DNA from: a bacterium
GTDB lineage: Bacteria; RBG-13-61-14; DATKZS01
Direction of reading: 5' to 3'
Length of the DNA: 64,000 nt
Assembly (NCBI GenBank): GCA_963674965.2
Contig: CAXXFL010000002.1
Span: 32,001 to 96,000, forward strand
Positions 62,314 through 64,000 of this stretch are shown in pieces. The position numbers were made by a program, and so were the translations under genes. A model generated the notes under the pieces. That model saw only the letters and a list, made by a program, of their open reading frames with translations, did not search any database and was not told the origin of the DNA. Every line of letters starts with the position of its first letter. The first letter of the stretch is position 1.

Positions 62314-62771
62314 AAATGACTGATAATATTTATCTCCAATGTTATGATGAATACAATAAATATGCATGCTATAATGTGATTAATTTTAATATATCATATT
62401 ATAATAAAGAACAAATAGCTGTTAACAAAAACATGGTCCAAAGCGGGTGGTATTCAAGTTATAGTGGCCATTTAATTTTATTATATATAATTAATGGCAA
62501 GTTGATATTAAAAGTAAATGAATTTCATTTCGAATTATGTGAAGATATCATTGTCGATGTCTCAGGCCCTTGGGACAATCGCACTCTAAAAATATATTTA
62601 AAAAAACGAGAAGTACTTACTATCATGTATACTACAATTAATAGGCCATACGATAATGATATAACGCCATTTATAGAGGATGATGATTTTGATTTATGTT
62701 TATTTGCACGCAACCTGTTAATGGACAAAGAGCGAAGAAATCGAGTAATAAACATCAAACGTTATATATAA
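62310..62771 (+). CDS. Putative immunity protein 6
   Basis: Very AT-rich 153-aa ORF overlapping the toxin stop. Confidence 0.65.
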   Translation: MKMTDNIYLQCYDEYNKYACYNVINFNISYYNKEQIAVNKNMVQSGWYSSYSGHLILLYIINGKLILKVNEFHFELCEDIIVDVSGPWDNRTLKIYLKKREVLTIMYTTINRPYDNDITPFIEDDDFDLCLFARNLLMDKERRNRVINIKRYI

Positions 62772-62789
62772 ATAGAGACATGGTGGATG

Positions 62790-62993
62790 TCCATTACGGT
62801 TTTGCATGAAAACCGTGTGGCTCTCGCGGAGCGAGACAGGTGTACCGGTATAAGCTTCTCACGGTTCTTTGAAAATTCAATTGAGCTTTTCGCATACAGG
62901 TGGAGCCGAAAGCTTCGACATGACTTGAGGCGCTAAGCCCGTTCGCTCCGCTCACCCACTCATTCGTGCCGAATGAGGTGGGCCACCCAAGAT
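62790..62993 (+). repeat. Structured inter-cassette spacer, type B (copy 3, diverged)
   Basis: Same hairpins with altered loops (GTGCC versus GTAAA; GGA versus GAA/GAC). Confidence 0.8.
62863..62876 (+). promoter_or_regulatory. boxA-like motif before cassette 7
   Basis: GGTTCTTTGAAAAT. Confidence 0.5.
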
Positions 62994-64000
62994 GACGAGA
63001 TCGAGGAGGGCGACACCCTCAAGCTGGCCGTGGCGGGGGCGCTGGACGCGGGGACGTACACGGTGCGCTTCGATAATGGGTCGGGCTCGGTTTACGCCAT
63101 CGAGGTGGCCGTGTCCGAGGGCGCGACTTATATATTTGTGGACACGGGAGACCTCGGGGACGACGCCGGCTCCGGCTCATACGACATTGACGTGGTGGAC
63201 GACTCGGGCTCGAGCCTCCTCGACTCGGGCGCCGCCTCGGTCAATATCTCCCAGCGGCTCTACCTCCATTACGGGCTCCACTCCCCGGTGGTCGCCACCA
63301 ACTCCGACGGCGAGACCGTCTGGCGCCGCGCCTATCTCCCCTTCGGCGCCGACTTCTCCGGCTCGCCCTCCCACCCCCTCACCATCGCCAACTCCTCCAT
63401 CACCCACGGCTTCGTAGGCCGCCGACAAGATAATGACGTCGGCCTCTACCAACTCGGCGCCCGCTGGTACGACCCGGACCTCGGCAGGTTCGTGAGCACA
63501 GACCCGGTGTCTGGCCTTCTGAACCAGTACTCTTACGCCAATAACAATCCGTTCGTTTATCATGATGCTTCCGGTTTGTTTTTCGAACAATTTACCACCG
63601 GAGTCGTCAAACAAGCCCTCAGCCCATGGATAAAAATCAATGAGGTTGTAAAGGTGCCGGGACTTGATACCGCAATGTATTACATAGAGGGCACGGAGTC
63701 GGAAATCTTGGCATGGGAAGATACTCATGACTTTTTCACCGGTACCGCCCATGAGGATTGGTGGGCCATGGCCGATACTTATGAACAAGGGTCGGCGGGC
63801 TATTGGGCCTATGGCGTCGGCGGCATGTTCGCATGTACGAACGATATACAGTTTTTTGGCAGTATAGCTGAACTAGGGGCTATGGGCCTTGGGGCCAAAG
63901 CTGTCGCCGGTGAGGAAATGGCAGCCGCAAATGCGGGGAAATCATCTAAAGCTTCTCAATTATCAAAAAATAAAGCAAAAGGAGACGCTTTTCGTGACGA
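62973..64000 (+). CDS. Orphan cassette 7 (3'-partial): short arm, RHS core and start of a new toxin C-terminus
   Basis: Open frame from ATG 62973 (MRWATQDDEIEEGD...) through NNPFVYHDASG to ...SKNKAKGDAFRD at the window edge; missing from the ORF track because it has no stop. Confidence 0.8.
   Translation, partial: MRWATQDDEIEEGDTLKLAVAGALDAGTYTVRFDNGSGSVYAIEVAVSEGATYIFVDTGDLGDDAGSGSYDIDVVDDSGSSLLDSGAASVNISQRLYLHYGLHSPVVATNSDGETVWRRAYLPFGADFSGSPSHPLTIANSSITHGFVGRRQDNDVGLYQLGARWYDPDLGRFVSTDPVSGLLNQYSYANNNPFVYHDASGLFFEQFTTGVVKQALSPWIKINEVVKVPGLDTAMYYIEGTESEILAWEDTHDFFTGTAHEDWWAMADTYEQGSAGYWAYGVGGMFACTNDIQFFGSIAELGAMGLGAKAVAGEEMAAANAGKSSKASQLSKNKAKGDAFRD

Noticed and set aside
48513-62993. Inter-cassette hairpins as integron attC sites
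   Set aside because: No consistent RYYYAAC/GTTRRRY ends and no intact integron integrase in the window; the long homology arms already explain shuffling.

Overview
Bacterial accessory region with four parts. (1) 1-14.6 kb: a decaying integrative island. It carries a serine recombinase plus two ParB/RepB-like genes, a broken second recombinase module, an intact three-gene operon (two possible Ku-like proteins and an ATP-dependent DNA ligase fused to a CDC48-like AAA+ ATPase), and an XRE-ImmA/IrrE + PIN pair. (2) 14.8-25.4 kb: two divergent two-component signalling operons. (3) 25.5-31.5 kb: remnants of island and defence genes (recombinase, DrmD-like helicase, Mrr-like nuclease, ADP-ribosylglycohydrolase). 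(4) 31.5-64 kb: a polymorphic toxin locus that looks like a split Rhs system. A secreted YD-repeat 'shell' gene (interrupted by an IS110) stops just before the RHS core. It is followed by a HEAT-repeat lipoprotein, then a ~3270-aa lipoprotein with TSP3-like repeats that carries the RHS core and an HNH toxin, and then at least seven orphan toxin cassettes (six complete with an immunity gene, the seventh cut by the window edge). Each cassette is preceded by a boxA-like GNTCTTTGAAAA motif. Three apparently identical 1662-bp IS3-family copies with atypical ends each disrupt a gene. No rRNA, tRNA or CRISPR array was seen. Family assignments come from motif recognition by eye, not from database searches.
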